This document shows, one piece after another, positions 63,968-64,000 of a stretch of 64,000 bases of DNA. Where the stretch lies: assembly GCF_030684315.1 (NCBI RefSeq), contig NC_081394.1, forward strand, positions 6,244,658 through 6,308,657. Reading direction: 5' to 3'. This DNA is from Stegostoma tigrinum (taxonomy: Eukaryota). Position numbers and translations under genes: made by a program. How positions within the stretch are numbered: position 1 is the first letter of the stretch; each line of letters begins with the position of its first letter. Below the pieces are notes generated by a model. That model had not been told where the DNA came from and did not search any database. It worked only from the letters and a program-made list of their open reading frames with translations.

Positions 63968-64000
63968 GTGAGTGCACACAGACTTCAACATCTGTCAGAT

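Overview
Eukaryotic, repeat-rich vertebrate DNA, most likely a shark (HE1-type V-SINEs, Deu/SacSINE-type SINEs, CR1, Rex1 and Penelope-like retroelements, an expanded GPR139-like GPCR family). The main content, largely missed by the ORF track because it is split into short exons, is a cluster of Siglec/MAG/CD22-like Ig-superfamily receptor genes. (A2) A minus-strand pseudogene of the inhibitory type (leader 18.6 kb to ITIM/ITSM terminal exon 4.9 kb). (A1) A minus-strand gene with intact leader and V-set exons, a damaged C2 exon and a transmembrane exon carrying an Arg, followed by candidate tyrosine-motif exons including an exact ITAM consensus, i.e. an activating-type receptor. (B) An apparently intact plus-strand gene (leader 51.8 kb, V, C2, C2; it runs off the right end) whose 'essential' sialic-acid-binding Arg is replaced by Tyr. 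The window also holds an orphan inverted ITIM terminal exon (37.8 kb), the 3' end of a GPR139-like GPCR (1-177), an orphan GPR139-like first exon (41.6 kb), conserved tandem promoter/first-exon modules, 33-bp and 31-bp minisatellites, and palindromic Penelope-derived elements carrying hammerhead ribozyme cores. Exon models were assembled by eye from splice signals, phase and paralog comparison; there is no expression evidence, and repeat boundaries are approximate.
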